Origin: Somniosus microcephalus
Lineage: Eukaryota
Length of the DNA stretch: 64,000 bases
Assembly: GCA_052327205.1 (NCBI GenBank)
Contig: CM126207.1
Span: 54,498,001 to 54,562,000 of the forward strand
Direction of reading: 5' to 3'
Shown here piece by piece: positions 27,401 through 37,844 of this stretch. A program made the translations under genes and the position numbers. Each line of letters starts with the position of its first letter. Position 1 is the first letter of the stretch. A model generated the notes under the pieces. It was not told the DNA's origin, made no database searches, and saw only the letters and a program-made list of their open reading frames with translations.

Positions 27401-28075
27401 TTTGGGGCACTCTCCCAAGACTTTGTATTTTAGGTGGGGGGAGAAAAGAAGAAGCAAGGCCGGATCATCAAGGGGTGTAGTGTGTGTGTGTGTGGCTCTT
27501 GTTAAAAGCTAGGCCACACACACCACTAATTAGCATCCCTTCTATTGCCTGCCCTGGGAGAGCTTGGAGCTGCCCAAGGTGAAGTCCTTAATTTAATTTA
27601 ATTACATCGTTAAGACCTGTTGCAGGACTGAGCCTGAAAATAAAAGGCTTCTCCAGCTTTTCCAGGTGAAGACGTCTTCTCCCCCTGCCAGAAGACCACC
27701 ACCACCAAAGACTTTTTCCATCGGAGAGTGCAACCCTGCCAACACCCACCCACCATCCTGAGTGGCAACACTGCCCTTTGCGGCCTCCCTCCTTCCCACC
27801 CCCCCACCTCTCTCTCTCTCTCTGTCTCTCTCTGCCTGTCTTTCTAAGGCACCTTAGTTTCATCTATTTTATTAATTGCCAATTGAGCAGAGGGGAGAGG
27901 GCCCCTCTCCCAATTTAAATCAATAAGGAGAGAGGTGTGTCCTCATTTTAATCAGCTCCCTCTGCTCAATAGAGGACAAAAAAAATATATATACACCGAG
28001 GCCATTAACACCTTCAGGCCTGTGACTTGGGGTGAGTGTAGCCCTTAAAAAAAAAAAAAAAAAAAGCACCCCAGA

Positions 28076-30229
28076 ATGGCGACTGCGTCTTCGCCGGTGG
28101 CGGGGCCAGCCAGGACCTATGCGAGAGTGGTAGCCACAGCCACAGCTGCTCCCGCTGTTCCTGCTGCCCCGTCACCTTTTCAATTAATAACAAAAAAGCT
28201 TGGGGTGAAGAGCTACACTCACCCCACTATGACCATCGAGGCCTGCGTCAAGGCCATGGCTGGGGTTGTCGGCCCCTCAGCCATCGTCGCGGCCTCGAAA
28301 ATGTATGGGAAGGCTGTGTTCTTCCTGGGGTCGGAGCGGGCGGTGTCCCTGGCTGTCGCCAAGGGGCTCACCGTGGGCAGGACCTTCCTGCCGGTGGATC
28401 CTCTCGAGGCCACCGCGCAGAGGATCATTATTTCCAACGTCCCGCCCTATGTTCCTGGTGAGCTCCTCCTTCCCCATTTGCGACAACTTGGGGAGGTGAG
28501 GTCGGGGATCACACCCATCCCGCTCGGCTTCCGGGAGGCCAGCCTTCGCCACGTCTTCTCCTTCCGGCGCCAGCTGTTTATCCAGCTGGCGCAGGAGGAG
28601 GACACTGACGGGGCGTTCGTCGTCCTCCACGAGGGGACCGCCTACCGCACCTTTTGGACGTCGGACGGTGTGAGGTGCCATGCCTGCAGGGAGGTGGGGC
28701 ACATCAGGAGGAACTGCCCTGCCTCCAAGGCCGCCGGATCATCTCGTGCGGCCGAGGCTGGCGCCGCCGCCGCCCTTCCCCCCGGATCTGCCCGCGCGTC
28801 AAGTACGTCTGATGCGCGGTTGACGTCGGGGGCCGATGCCACCAAGGCCTCCGGCGGGGGGGAGGGAGCGTGTCCGGCCGGAAAGAAGGCGCGGGGAAAA
28901 AAGAAGCACCTTAGGGCGGGTCCCCCCGTGGATGGCGAGCCCTTGCCCCTTGAGCCCCTTACACCCGCGCTCCTCGCGGAGTTGATCAGGGCAGATGTGA
29001 GCGGGAGGGGCCTCGTGCCCGAGCCTGTGGCCGCAACCACCGCAGCGGTAATGCCAATACCTGCGGCCGGGCTCGGGCCCGAGGAACCCGACAAACCTGC
29101 TCCGCCGGAGGGAGTTGAGGAGGAGGCCTTTGCAGACATGGAGGTCTCCCTCGCTCCCTCCGTGCTAAAAAGAAGGCGCGACCCCCTGGATGAGGAGGAG
29201 GACCGGGAGGAGGAAGGTCCCTCCGAGCAGGGGGAGTCGTCGCCCGCCGCGGGTACTGCGCCCCCCCCCCCCCCCAGCGCTGTCGTCATCACCAGCGATC
29301 GGCAGGGGTCGCCTGTCCCTCGGGAGGCTGAGGCAGATGTGTCTGTCCAGCACGTGCCTCCCGGGGATGGGGATGAGACCCTGCCCGTGGGGGGGGTTGC
29401 GGAACAACCCGCGGCAGTAATTGAAATTGACCTTTTATCGGTGCCGTTACCCCTCGCCGGGTCGGGCAGCCTGGGGGCTGGGTCGGGCGAGCTCGAGGAT
29501 AATGAGCTCGCCCAATGCGACCCGGACGTCTCCCAGGGGATGCTCGTCCTGGTAGAGCTTTTAATTCAAAACCCCCCGTCCGCTGGGTCGGAGGTTGGTG
29601 GCGGGGAGGAGGATGGCCCCCTGGCTGCGTCTCTGGTGCCGGACGTACTGGATGATCTGGAAATTGTTCTCTCCCCGGTTTCTCCGGTCGTTCCGGCGTC
29701 TGAGGCGGAGGGGAGCTCTGAACCGCCGCCGTCTTCTGGCCCGGCACCCCTAGAGGAGCCCAGGGAGAAATCCTCTGCCGCCGATCCTGGGGGTGGGATC
29801 CGGGCGGAGGCGGGGCTGGCTGGCGCGGCCGAGTCATTCGCTTCGCACTGCGCGGCGGACGGGTCGGCCGCTGGTGACGACCCCCTGGAGGAGGATGGGG
29901 ACTCGGTGATGGGCACGGAGGACGATTCGGACTCCAGCGCCGACGTGGCGATGGATGACCTCGTGCCCCTTGCCGAGTCTCCCCTCATTTCCGTAAAGGA
30001 ACTCCGGGATTTTATGGCCACGTGCCTGGGTCAGCGCAATAAGGTCCGGCTGGCCCTCGACAGGTGGTCGGAGCTGGCGCTGCTCATCGATTCCGTCCGC
30101 GCCGCCGTTAAGATCATGGGCGCGGACGAGGGTGTGAACCCGCTCGAGCTGCGTCGGCTCACAACGTTTCTCACTGGGCTGCTGAGGAAGTGGCGGCTGA
30201 CCAGCGGCTGCGCTTCCTCCCCCCGTTAG
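28076..30229 (+). CDS. Tx1 ORF1 (RRM-like region, CCHC zinc knuckle, acidic low-complexity tail), 717 aa
   Basis: SAIVAASKMYGKAVFFL, IIISNVPPY, HVFSFRRQ and CHACREVGHIRRNC are typical Tx1 ORF1 motifs. Confidence 0.9.
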   Translation: MATASSPVAGPARTYARVVATATAAPAVPAAPSPFQLITKKLGVKSYTHPTMTIEACVKAMAGVVGPSAIVAASKMYGKAVFFLGSERAVSLAVAKGLTVGRTFLPVDPLEATAQRIIISNVPPYVPGELLLPHLRQLGEVRSGITPIPLGFREASLRHVFSFRRQLFIQLAQEEDTDGAFVVLHEGTAYRTFWTSDGVRCHACREVGHIRRNCPASKAAGSSRAAEAGAAAALPPGSARASSTSDARLTSGADATKASGGGEGACPAGKKARGKKKHLRAGPPVDGEPLPLEPLTPALLAELIRADVSGRGLVPEPVAATTAAVMPIPAAGLGPEEPDKPAPPEGVEEEAFADMEVSLAPSVLKRRRDPLDEEEDREEEGPSEQGESSPAAGTAPPPPPSAVVITSDRQGSPVPREAEADVSVQHVPPGDGDETLPVGGVAEQPAAVIEIDLLSVPLPLAGSGSLGAGSGELEDNELAQCDPDVSQGMLVLVELLIQNPPSAGSEVGGGEEDGPLAASLVPDVLDDLEIVLSPVSPVVPASEAEGSSEPPPSSGPAPLEEPREKSSAADPGGGIRAEAGLAGAAESFASHCAADGSAAGDDPLEEDGDSVMGTEDDSDSSADVAMDDLVPLAESPLISVKELRDFMATCLGQRNKVRLALDRWSELALLIDSVRAAVKIMGADEGVNPLELRRLTTFLTGLLRKWRLTSGCASSPR

Positions 30230-30260
30230 GTGTAGGTAGAGGTTGCACTATGCTTCTGAC

Positions 30261-33200
30261 ATGAAGATAACCATAGCCAGCTTCAACATCAACGGCAGCA
30301 GGGAGGCGCGCCGCAGATTCAATAACTTCTCGGTCCTTCGGGACGGGAAGTATGCGGTGTGCTTCCTGCAAGAAACCCACACCGTTCCGGGAGACGAAGC
30401 CACGTGGCTCCTGGAGTGGCAAGGAGGGGTCAGCATGAGTCACCTCTCCAACAATTCCAGCGGGGTGGCTATCTTGCTGGCCCCGCATTTTCAGCCGGAG
30501 ATCTTGGGGGTCAAGGAGCACGTGCCGGGCCGCTTGCTCCAGGTCACTGTTCGCCTGGGGGGCGTGCCGCTCCATCTAGTGAACGTGTACGCCCCTCAGA
30601 CCAGTGCGCAGCAAGTGCACTTCTTCGAAGAAGTGTCCGCTCTCTTGGGCTCCATCGACGTGGGCGAGTGCGTCATCCTCGGGGGGGATTTTAACTGCAC
30701 CCTCGAGGCGAGGGACCGTTCGGGTCCCCCGCGAAGCCCGGCGGCGATGGAGAAGTTGAGGGACCTGGTTGGGTCCTTCGACTTGGTGGACGTCTGGCGA
30801 AATCTCCACCCCGACTCCAGCGCCTTCACTAGCGTGAGGTCTGGGGGAGGAAGGTCCAGAATCGACCGCCTCTACATTTCCCGGGCGTACGTCTCCTGCG
30901 TTCCGGCAGCTTCCATGCGGCCGGTGCCGTGCACGGACCACCACCTGGTGTGGGCGGAGCTCGCTCCGCTGCGCGCGCGGGGGGGGTCCGTGTACTGGCA
31001 TTTTAACAACCTGCTGCTGGAGGACGCACGGTTCCGGGATTCGTTTCGTCGATTCTGGGCCGACTGGAGAAGGAAGCAGGGGGGCTTCCCCTCCTTGAGG
31101 CTATGGTGGGATGTGGGCAAGGCTCACATCCGTCTCTTCTGTCAGGAGTACGCGAAGGGGTCGACCAAGAGGCGGGAGGCCCGGGTCGGGCGGTTGGAGA
31201 AGGAGGTGCTCGACCTGGAGTCCCGTCTCGGTCAGGTCGTCGAGGACCCGGCCCTGCGGAAGGTGTACGAAGAGAAGAAGGGCGCGCTGAAGGACCTGCA
31301 GCTCGTCGGGTCCCGAGGCGCGTACGTGAGGTCGCGGATCCAGCTCCTGCGGGACCTGGACCGCGGCTCCCCCTTCTTCTACTCGCTGGAAAAAAGACGG
31401 GGGGTCCGTAAGCAGCTCTTGGGGCTGCTGGCCGACGACGGATCTCTGGTCTCGGATCCGGAGGGAATCAGCGCGGAGACCCGCGCCTATTACGGGGCTC
31501 TGTTCTCTCCGGATCCATCCAGCGAGGATGCGCGCAGAGTTTTGTGGGAGGACCTGACGAAGGTTGGCCCGGAGGGCGCCGAAAAATTGGACGCTCCGCT
31601 AAGTCTGGCGGAGCTGACCGGCGCCCTCCGCCAGCTCTCTAGGGGAAAGTCCCCGGGGCTGGACGGGCTGACCGTGGAGTTCCACAGGGCGTTCTGGGAC
31701 GTCTTGGGGGGCGACTACGCGCGGGTCCTGGGGGAAAGTTTGGCGACCAGGGAGATGCCCCTCTCTTGGCGCAGGGCGGTCATTGTCCTGCTGCCTAAGA
31801 AGGGCGATCTCCGCCTCCTTAAGAACTGGCGCCCGGTCTCCCTCTTCAGCACGGACTATAAAATCTTTGCCAGTGCCATGTCTGCTTGCCTCGGCACCGT
31901 GCTGGCCCACATGATCCACCCCGACCAGTCCTACACGGTCCCGGGCCGGACCATCCACGATAACATCCACCTGGTCCGGGACCTGGTCCACCACTCCCAG
32001 AGGGCTGGTCTGTCGGTCGCCTTCCTTTCCCTGGATCAGGAGAAGGCGTTCGACAGGGTGGATCACGAGTATCTCTTCGGGACTCTGCGCGCATTCGGGT
32101 TCGGGACGCATTTTGTCGCCCGGATCCGACTTCTGTACGCCGCCGTGGAGTGTTTGATTAAAGTTAACGGGTCCTTGACGGCGCCCCTTCGCTTCGGGAG
32201 GGGGGTGCGTCAGGGATGCCCCATGTCCGGTCAGTTATACGCCGTTTGCGTGGAGCCATTCCTGCGCCTTTTGCGGAAGAGGTTGACGGGACTGGCTCTG
32301 CAAGGGCCGGGCGTGGAGGTGGTCCTCTCGGCTTACGCCGATGACGTGCTCCTCACGGTCACGGATCCCGCTGACTTGCGGAGGATGCGGGAATGCCAGC
32401 AGATTTACTCGGACGCATCCTCCGCCAAGATCAACTGGGAGAAATGTTCCGGACTCCTGGTGGGTCAGTGGCGGGTGGACTCCCTGCCAGAGGAGTTCAG
32501 GCCTTTCGCCTGGAGCACCACGCACCTCCTCTATTTGGGAGTCTACCTTAGCCCTGCCGAGGACGCCTGGCCGGCGAACTGGCAAGAGCTGGAGGCCAAA
32601 GTCACCACTCACCTAGGACGCTGGACAGGACTGCTCCGAGTGTTGTCCTACAGGGGTCGAGCGCTGGTCATAAACCAGCTGGTGGCCGCCATGTTGTGGT
32701 ACCGGTTGGTCACTTTGATCCCTCCCCCTGCGTTTGTCGCCAAGATGCAGAAGAAGCTCATCGACTTCTTCTGGGACAAAAGGAAGCACTGGGTCTCTGC
32801 CGCGGTTCTGTGTCTCCCACTTAGGGAGGGCGGTCAGGCGCTGGTGTGCCTTCGCACCCAGGCTGCGACTTTCCGTCTTCAGACTCTGCAGAGATACCTG
32901 TACGTCGAGAATCCTCCGAGATGGTGTGCGTTGGCGATGTTTTTCTTCCGCCAGCTGCACGGCCTCAATTACGACACGCAGCTCCTGTTCGCGAAAGTGG
33001 GCGGCAGGTGTGCCGGCCTGCGGGAGCTGCCTGTCTTCTACCAGGAACTGCTATGGGTTTGGAACTACGTCGCTTCCAGGCGGAGCTCTCCCCCCGTCAG
33101 GAGCGGCAGCTCTCCTTCGGGAGCCGCTGCTCAGGAATCCGCACCTCCACGAACGCGGGTTCGGGCGGCTGGCGGATGGCAGAGCTGTGCTTGGCAAGGT

Positions 33201-34159
33201 GACCAGAGTCGGGGACCTGCTCGATGGCGGAGGAGCGGGCTGGATGGCGCCGGAGGAGCTGGCGCGGCGCCTGTCCTGGGCCAACGTCCGGCTCGCGGTC
33301 GAAGCCATCGAATCGGTGAAATCGGCACTGGGCCCCGACTCCACTAGGTGTATCGAGGCGGCTCAAGCACGTGGGGCGATCCCGTCCAAGCTTACCCCCG
33401 TTCAGACGGAATTCCTCATCGGCGCCCGGCCCCGAATCTCCCCTCGGGAACCGGCGCCTCACAACTTGAGCCGTCTCGAGGAAATACCCTCCGTGCCTTT
33501 TCATTCCGCGCGGAGGGGTTTCCTGTACGGGCTGCTCCTGCACACTCTCCACTTTGCCATCTTCGTCTACCGTCCGGACACGCCTTGGCGTGGCGTCTTG
33601 CCGACTGGCGGTGGCGGAGGTCCCCAATGGAGGGCTCTCTATGCGGGAGTCCTCCCTTGTTCCATCGGGGACTTGGCCTGGAGGGTGTTGCACGGAGCGG
33701 TCCCGTGCAATAAGGTTTTAAGTAGGTTCACGGACTCCCAGGCCGCCTGCATTTTTTGCGGCCTGGAGGAGTCCGTGTTTCACCTTTATATGGAATGTGA
33801 GAGGTTGCAGCCCCTCTTTCACTACTTGAAGGGGCTGCTCCTCGATTTTTGGTTGCACTTCAGTCCCACGCTCTTGATCTACGGTCACCCGGTGCGGAGG
33901 GAAGCGGACAGGTTGGAGGACCTCCTTGTGGGCCTGCTCTTGGGCCTGGCAAAAAGCCATCAATTGGTCCAGGCAGCGGGCGGTCGAGGGGGTCGTCCAG
34001 CCGGATTGCCTGCCTCTCTTCCGCGGCCATGTTCATGCCCGGGTGGCCCTGGAGATGGAGCACGCGGTGTCCGCCGGTGCGCTTGAGTATTTCCGCGACC
34101 GGTGGGCGCCGCGGGGACTGGAGTGCATCATCAACCCGGAAAACAAAATTTTAATTTGA
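30261..34159 (+). pseudogene. Tx1 ORF2 (APE endonuclease, RT, C-terminal CCHC) with two frameshifts at about 33092 and 33953
   Basis: SFNING, FLQETH, GGDFN, SRIDR, TDH; KSPGLDG, LDQEKAFDRV, GVRQGCPMSG, AYADD; CIFCGLEESVFHLYMEC. Confidence 0.93.
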
Positions 34160-34423
34160 TTTGTTAAATTTTAGTTGAACTTTTGTTTACAGTCCAATTT
34201 GGGTTTTTTTTGGGTACAAACAAGAGAGTTACCCTCTGTTCGGTAAATACCTGTTATTATTGTTCTCCTGCAGTCCGTGTATTATTTATATACTCGGACA
34301 CTACAGGAAGGAGAAAAACAAAAGTGGCAGTCAGAGAAATCAACGGTTTAAATCAAACATGGCCACAGTAAATAATAATTCTAATAGGTCTAAGAGCGTT
34401 AAAAAAACAAGCTTGAAGGCTTT

Positions 34424-34978
34424 GGCCTCGAAATTGGCCTGAGGTGCCCAAGCAGCGCAAAGTTCGCCTGGGTGCTGGAATTTGCGCCGCGATCACCGCA
34501 TTAGCGATCACCGCAAATTCAGTTGAAGTGCCCCTAGAGGGAGACCGGGCGCGGCTCGAGGTGCTCCGCGTCCCTCTTAGGGCGCTGAAAGTGAATTTCG
34601 CAGCGCTACATGCCACACGCTGCGGCACGGCACGCTGTGGTACTGCAGGCCTTCCTCCCACTGTTAAGGGGCAGGGGCCTGCAACAGCGCGAGCCCCGAT
34701 CGCGAGTGCCGGCAAAAGTGCCGGCACAGCAAGGCCCCGTGAACAGGGCGCGGGTAGCGAACGGCGCTACAGCGGCGTTCGCTACCAAATATCGCGATCG
34801 GGGCGCAAATGGGGCGCTGCGCACACCGATGACGTCATCGGTGGCGGCGCAGCGCAAAAGGCTAACACCACCATTAGTGCCCCTGCTGAATATCACGGGA
34901 GGCGCAGCCAGTGGCGCTACAGCCACTGACGGCCTCTTTAGGTGCTAACAGGTGGCGTACTCACCCAATTTTTCCCCC
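34424..34978. mobile_element. Harbinger-type MITE
   Basis: Ends GGCCTCGAAATTGG...CCAATTTTTCCCCC, TSD TTT. Removing it restores the CR1 codons L-K-A-L-C-L-N-A-R-S. Confidence 0.88.
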
Positions 34979-36661
34979 TTTGTGTCTTAATGCAAGGAGC
35001 ATTCGGAATATGGTGGATGAATTAGCTGCACCAATAGAGGTAAACGAATATGATTTGATTGGGATTACGGAAACATGGCTCCAGGGTGGCCAAGGCTGAA
35101 AACTGGTTGGCAGACAGAAAGCTAAGAGTTGGAATAAACGGATCTTTTTCCGAGTGGCAGGCAGTGGCTAGTGGGGTACCGCAGGGATCGGTCCTTGGAC
35201 CCCAGCTATTCACAATATATATTAATGATCTAGACGAGGGAACTAGATGTAATATCTCCAAATTTGCAGACGACACAAAGCTAGGTGGGTGTGTGTGCTG
35301 TGAGGAGGATGCCGAGAAACTCTAGGATGATTTGGACAGGTTGGGTGATTGGGCAGAAGCATGGCAGATGCAATATAACGTGGATAAATGTGAGGTTATC
35401 CACTTTGGTGGCAAAAACAGGAAGGCAGATTATTATCTGAATGGCAATAGATTGAGCGAAGGGGAAGTGTAACGAGACCTGGGTGTCCTTGTGCACCAAT
35501 CACTGAAGGTAAGCATGAAGGTGCAGCAGGCGGTTAAGAAGGCAAATGGTATGTTGGCCTTCGTAGCGAGAGGCTTTGAGTACAGGAACAAGGATGTCTT
35601 GCTGCAGTTGTACAGGGCCTTGGTGAGACCACACCTTGAGTATTGTGTGCAGTTTTGGTCGCCTTATCTGAGGAAGGATGTTCTTGCCATGGAAGGAGTT
35701 CAGCAAAGATTCACCAGGCTGATACCTGGGATGGCAGGAATGACGTATGAGGAGAGATTGGGTCGATTGGGCTTATACTCACTGGAGTTTAGAAGAATGA
35801 GAGGGGATCTCATTGAAACGTATAAAATTCTGACAGGACTGGACAGACTAGATGCAGGAAGGATGTTCCCGATGGCCGGGGAGTCCAGAACCAGGGGTCA
35901 CAGTCTAAGGATAAAGGGTAGGCCATTTAGGACAGAAATGAGGAGGAATTTCTTTACCCAGAGAGTGGTGAACCTGTGGAATTCTCTACCACAGAAGGCA
36001 GTAGAGGCCAATTCATTAAATATATTCAAGAAGGAGTTGGATATATTTCTTAAGGCTAAAGGGATCAAGGCGTATGGGGAGAAAGCAGGGACAGGGTACT
36101 GAATTTGGATGATCAGCCATGATCACATTGAATGGCGGAGCAGGCTCGAGGGGCCGAATGGCCTACTCCTGCTCCTACCTTCTATGTTTCTATAAGGAAA
36201 ATAGATGACATCCGTACTCCAATAATGGCATTGAAATAGCTACCAATGAAGCTGAAAGAGACCTAGAGGTCTTCGTAGACTCAGCGGTTAGTACATTCAA
36301 CCAATGAAGAGCAACAATCAACAAAGTCAATTTGACGTTGAACTGCATAGCCAAAACAGTAGGATATAAGTCAGAGGAAATAGTTATCAAACTCTATACA
36401 ACAATGTAGTGTATGTACCCGTCTATCTTTAAGGGAACTATTGAATGTAACCGTTCACCTTTAAGGGAACTACTTTAGGTGTGGCACTATTTGTTTGGCT
36501 TCTGTATACTGTAATACCGATAGTGACCACACCAGTATATAAGTGTTGTGCCAGGAGTTATTGGGCAGATTCGCCCGGACCTTCGAATAGTAAAGACCTG
36601 TTTTGTTTGTTACTTCTGAAGTCTGTGTATTTATTAACTGCACAACCCACAGACTTTACAG

Positions 36662-36671
36662 TGGCGACGAG
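36662..36671 (+). promoter_or_regulatory. Primer-binding site TGGCGACGAG, complementary to the 3' end of tRNA-Ser(GCU)
   Basis: Lies 1 nt after the LTR. Vertebrate tRNA-Ser(GCU) ends ...CTCGTCG-CCA (recalled). Confidence 0.75.
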
Positions 36672-37149
36672 TCCGATCGTACCCTGCGGCAAGATTACCA
36701 AAGCAAGAAGAGCGTCGAAGAGAGGCAACCGCCCTCGTCGTGCTGCTGGAAGAAAACACGAGGCTGCAGCAGGAGAAAGGTGGAAGACTTTAGCAACAAA
36801 AGCTTCCATTAGCAACAGGCACTGACTACCCTTCTACCACGGTGCGGAGTGAGTCGATCGGCAGGGAACAAGGCGGCCGAAGAGACTGTGAGTAGGGGAA
36901 GGTGTAGAAGTATCCGGAGGATAAGGGCAGAGCACTCGACCTCGGTCGAGGGGGAGCTGTGCCGGCCAAAAGTCGGGTCCAACGGCGTCGGGTGACAGCT
37001 GGACCGCGATCGGCGGGGAAAATCCAGGCAGCGACCGCAGCCACGAAGCGCTGAGCCTGCGAGTAGGCGCGGGAAGAGAAGCCCAGCCGCAGCCGGGGAG
37101 GGAAACACTGGTCTGCGAGAGGGCTGGGGAGGCGAACGAGAACCGTGCG

Positions 37150-37780
37150 GGTGAGAGCCGGGTGCGGAGAGAGAGACTGCGAGGAGCCAGTCCAGCGGCT
37201 GAGCTGTTCTCCACCAACGGGGTACTCAGAGCCGGCAAAACCGAACGTGCGGGAGTGGGTGAGAGACACAGCCGAAAACGGGGTGAGAGACTGCGCGAGA
37301 GCCAGTCCAGCGGCTGAACTGTTCTCCACCAACGGGGTACCCAGGGCCGGTAGCACCGAACGTGCGGGTGAGAGAGCGACAGAGCCGGGTACGGAGAGAG
37401 AGACTGCGCGAGAGCCAGTCCAGCGGCTGAACTGTCCTCCGTTAACGGGGTGTACCCAGCGCCGGTAGAGCCGTGCGGGCGGGAGGAAAGGACATAGCCG
37501 AGTAAGGGGAGCTGTGCGGAAGCCAGCCAGCGGCTGAACCTGTCCGCTGTGGGGGAAGCGTACCCCTTCCACCGGGAAGAAACGCGGGAAGCCGCCATTA
37601 GGCGGAGAAGACGCCAGAAGCGGGAAACCGCCATTGAAGTGGGCGGGGCGAGAAAGGAAGAGCGGGAAACCGTCATTTTTGCGGGAAAACCGCCATCTTG
37701 ATTGACATACCGCCATTGAAGTGGGCGGGGAGAGAAGGGAAGAGCAGGAAACCGCCGATTTCGCGGGAAAACCGCCATCT
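37150..37780 (+). repeat. Tandem repeats in the LTR-element leader (about 114 bp x3 and about 81 bp x2)
   Basis: GAGCCAGTCCAGCGGCTGA at 37184, 37299 and 37412; CCGCCATTGAAGTGGGCGGG at about 37628 and 37709. Confidence 0.85.
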
Positions 37781-37844
37781 TAGAAACAAACAAATAAATA
37801 AGAATACTTAAAGAAATACTGGTGCTGCTCCCAAGGGAAGAGAA

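Larger units (their letters stand above)
27076..34226 (+). mobile_element. Full-length Tx1-clade (L1 group) non-LTR retrotransposon
   Basis: 15-bp TSD AGTTACCCTCTGTTC (27061-27075/34227-34241), 1-kb 5' UTR, ORF1 and ORF2, about 70-bp 3' UTR. Confidence 0.92.
26955..34305 (+). mobile_element. Solo LTR (185 bp: 26955-27075 plus 34242-34305) split by Tx1
   Basis: TG...CA ends, 5-bp TSD GGAAG (26950-26954/34306-34310), colinear with the LTR at 458-639. Confidence 0.9.
26931..36193 (+). mobile_element. Younger CR1/HER1-like LINE with an internal deletion at about 35097; hosts a solo LTR, a Tx1 and a MITE
   Basis: The endonuclease start LKALCLNARSIRN...ITETWLQG joins directly to [10 protein letters not shown]...[11 protein letters not shown] 35491-36102 is the ORF2 C-terminus. 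Tail GGCCGAATGGCCTACTCCTGCTCCT...TTCTATGTTTCTAT. Confidence 0.85.

Noticed and set aside
36826-37793. 296-aa and 319-aa antisense ORFs, and many antisense ORFs over Tx1, Harbinger and Gypsy
   Set aside because: Expected in GC-rich repeated or coding sequence; no recognisable domains.
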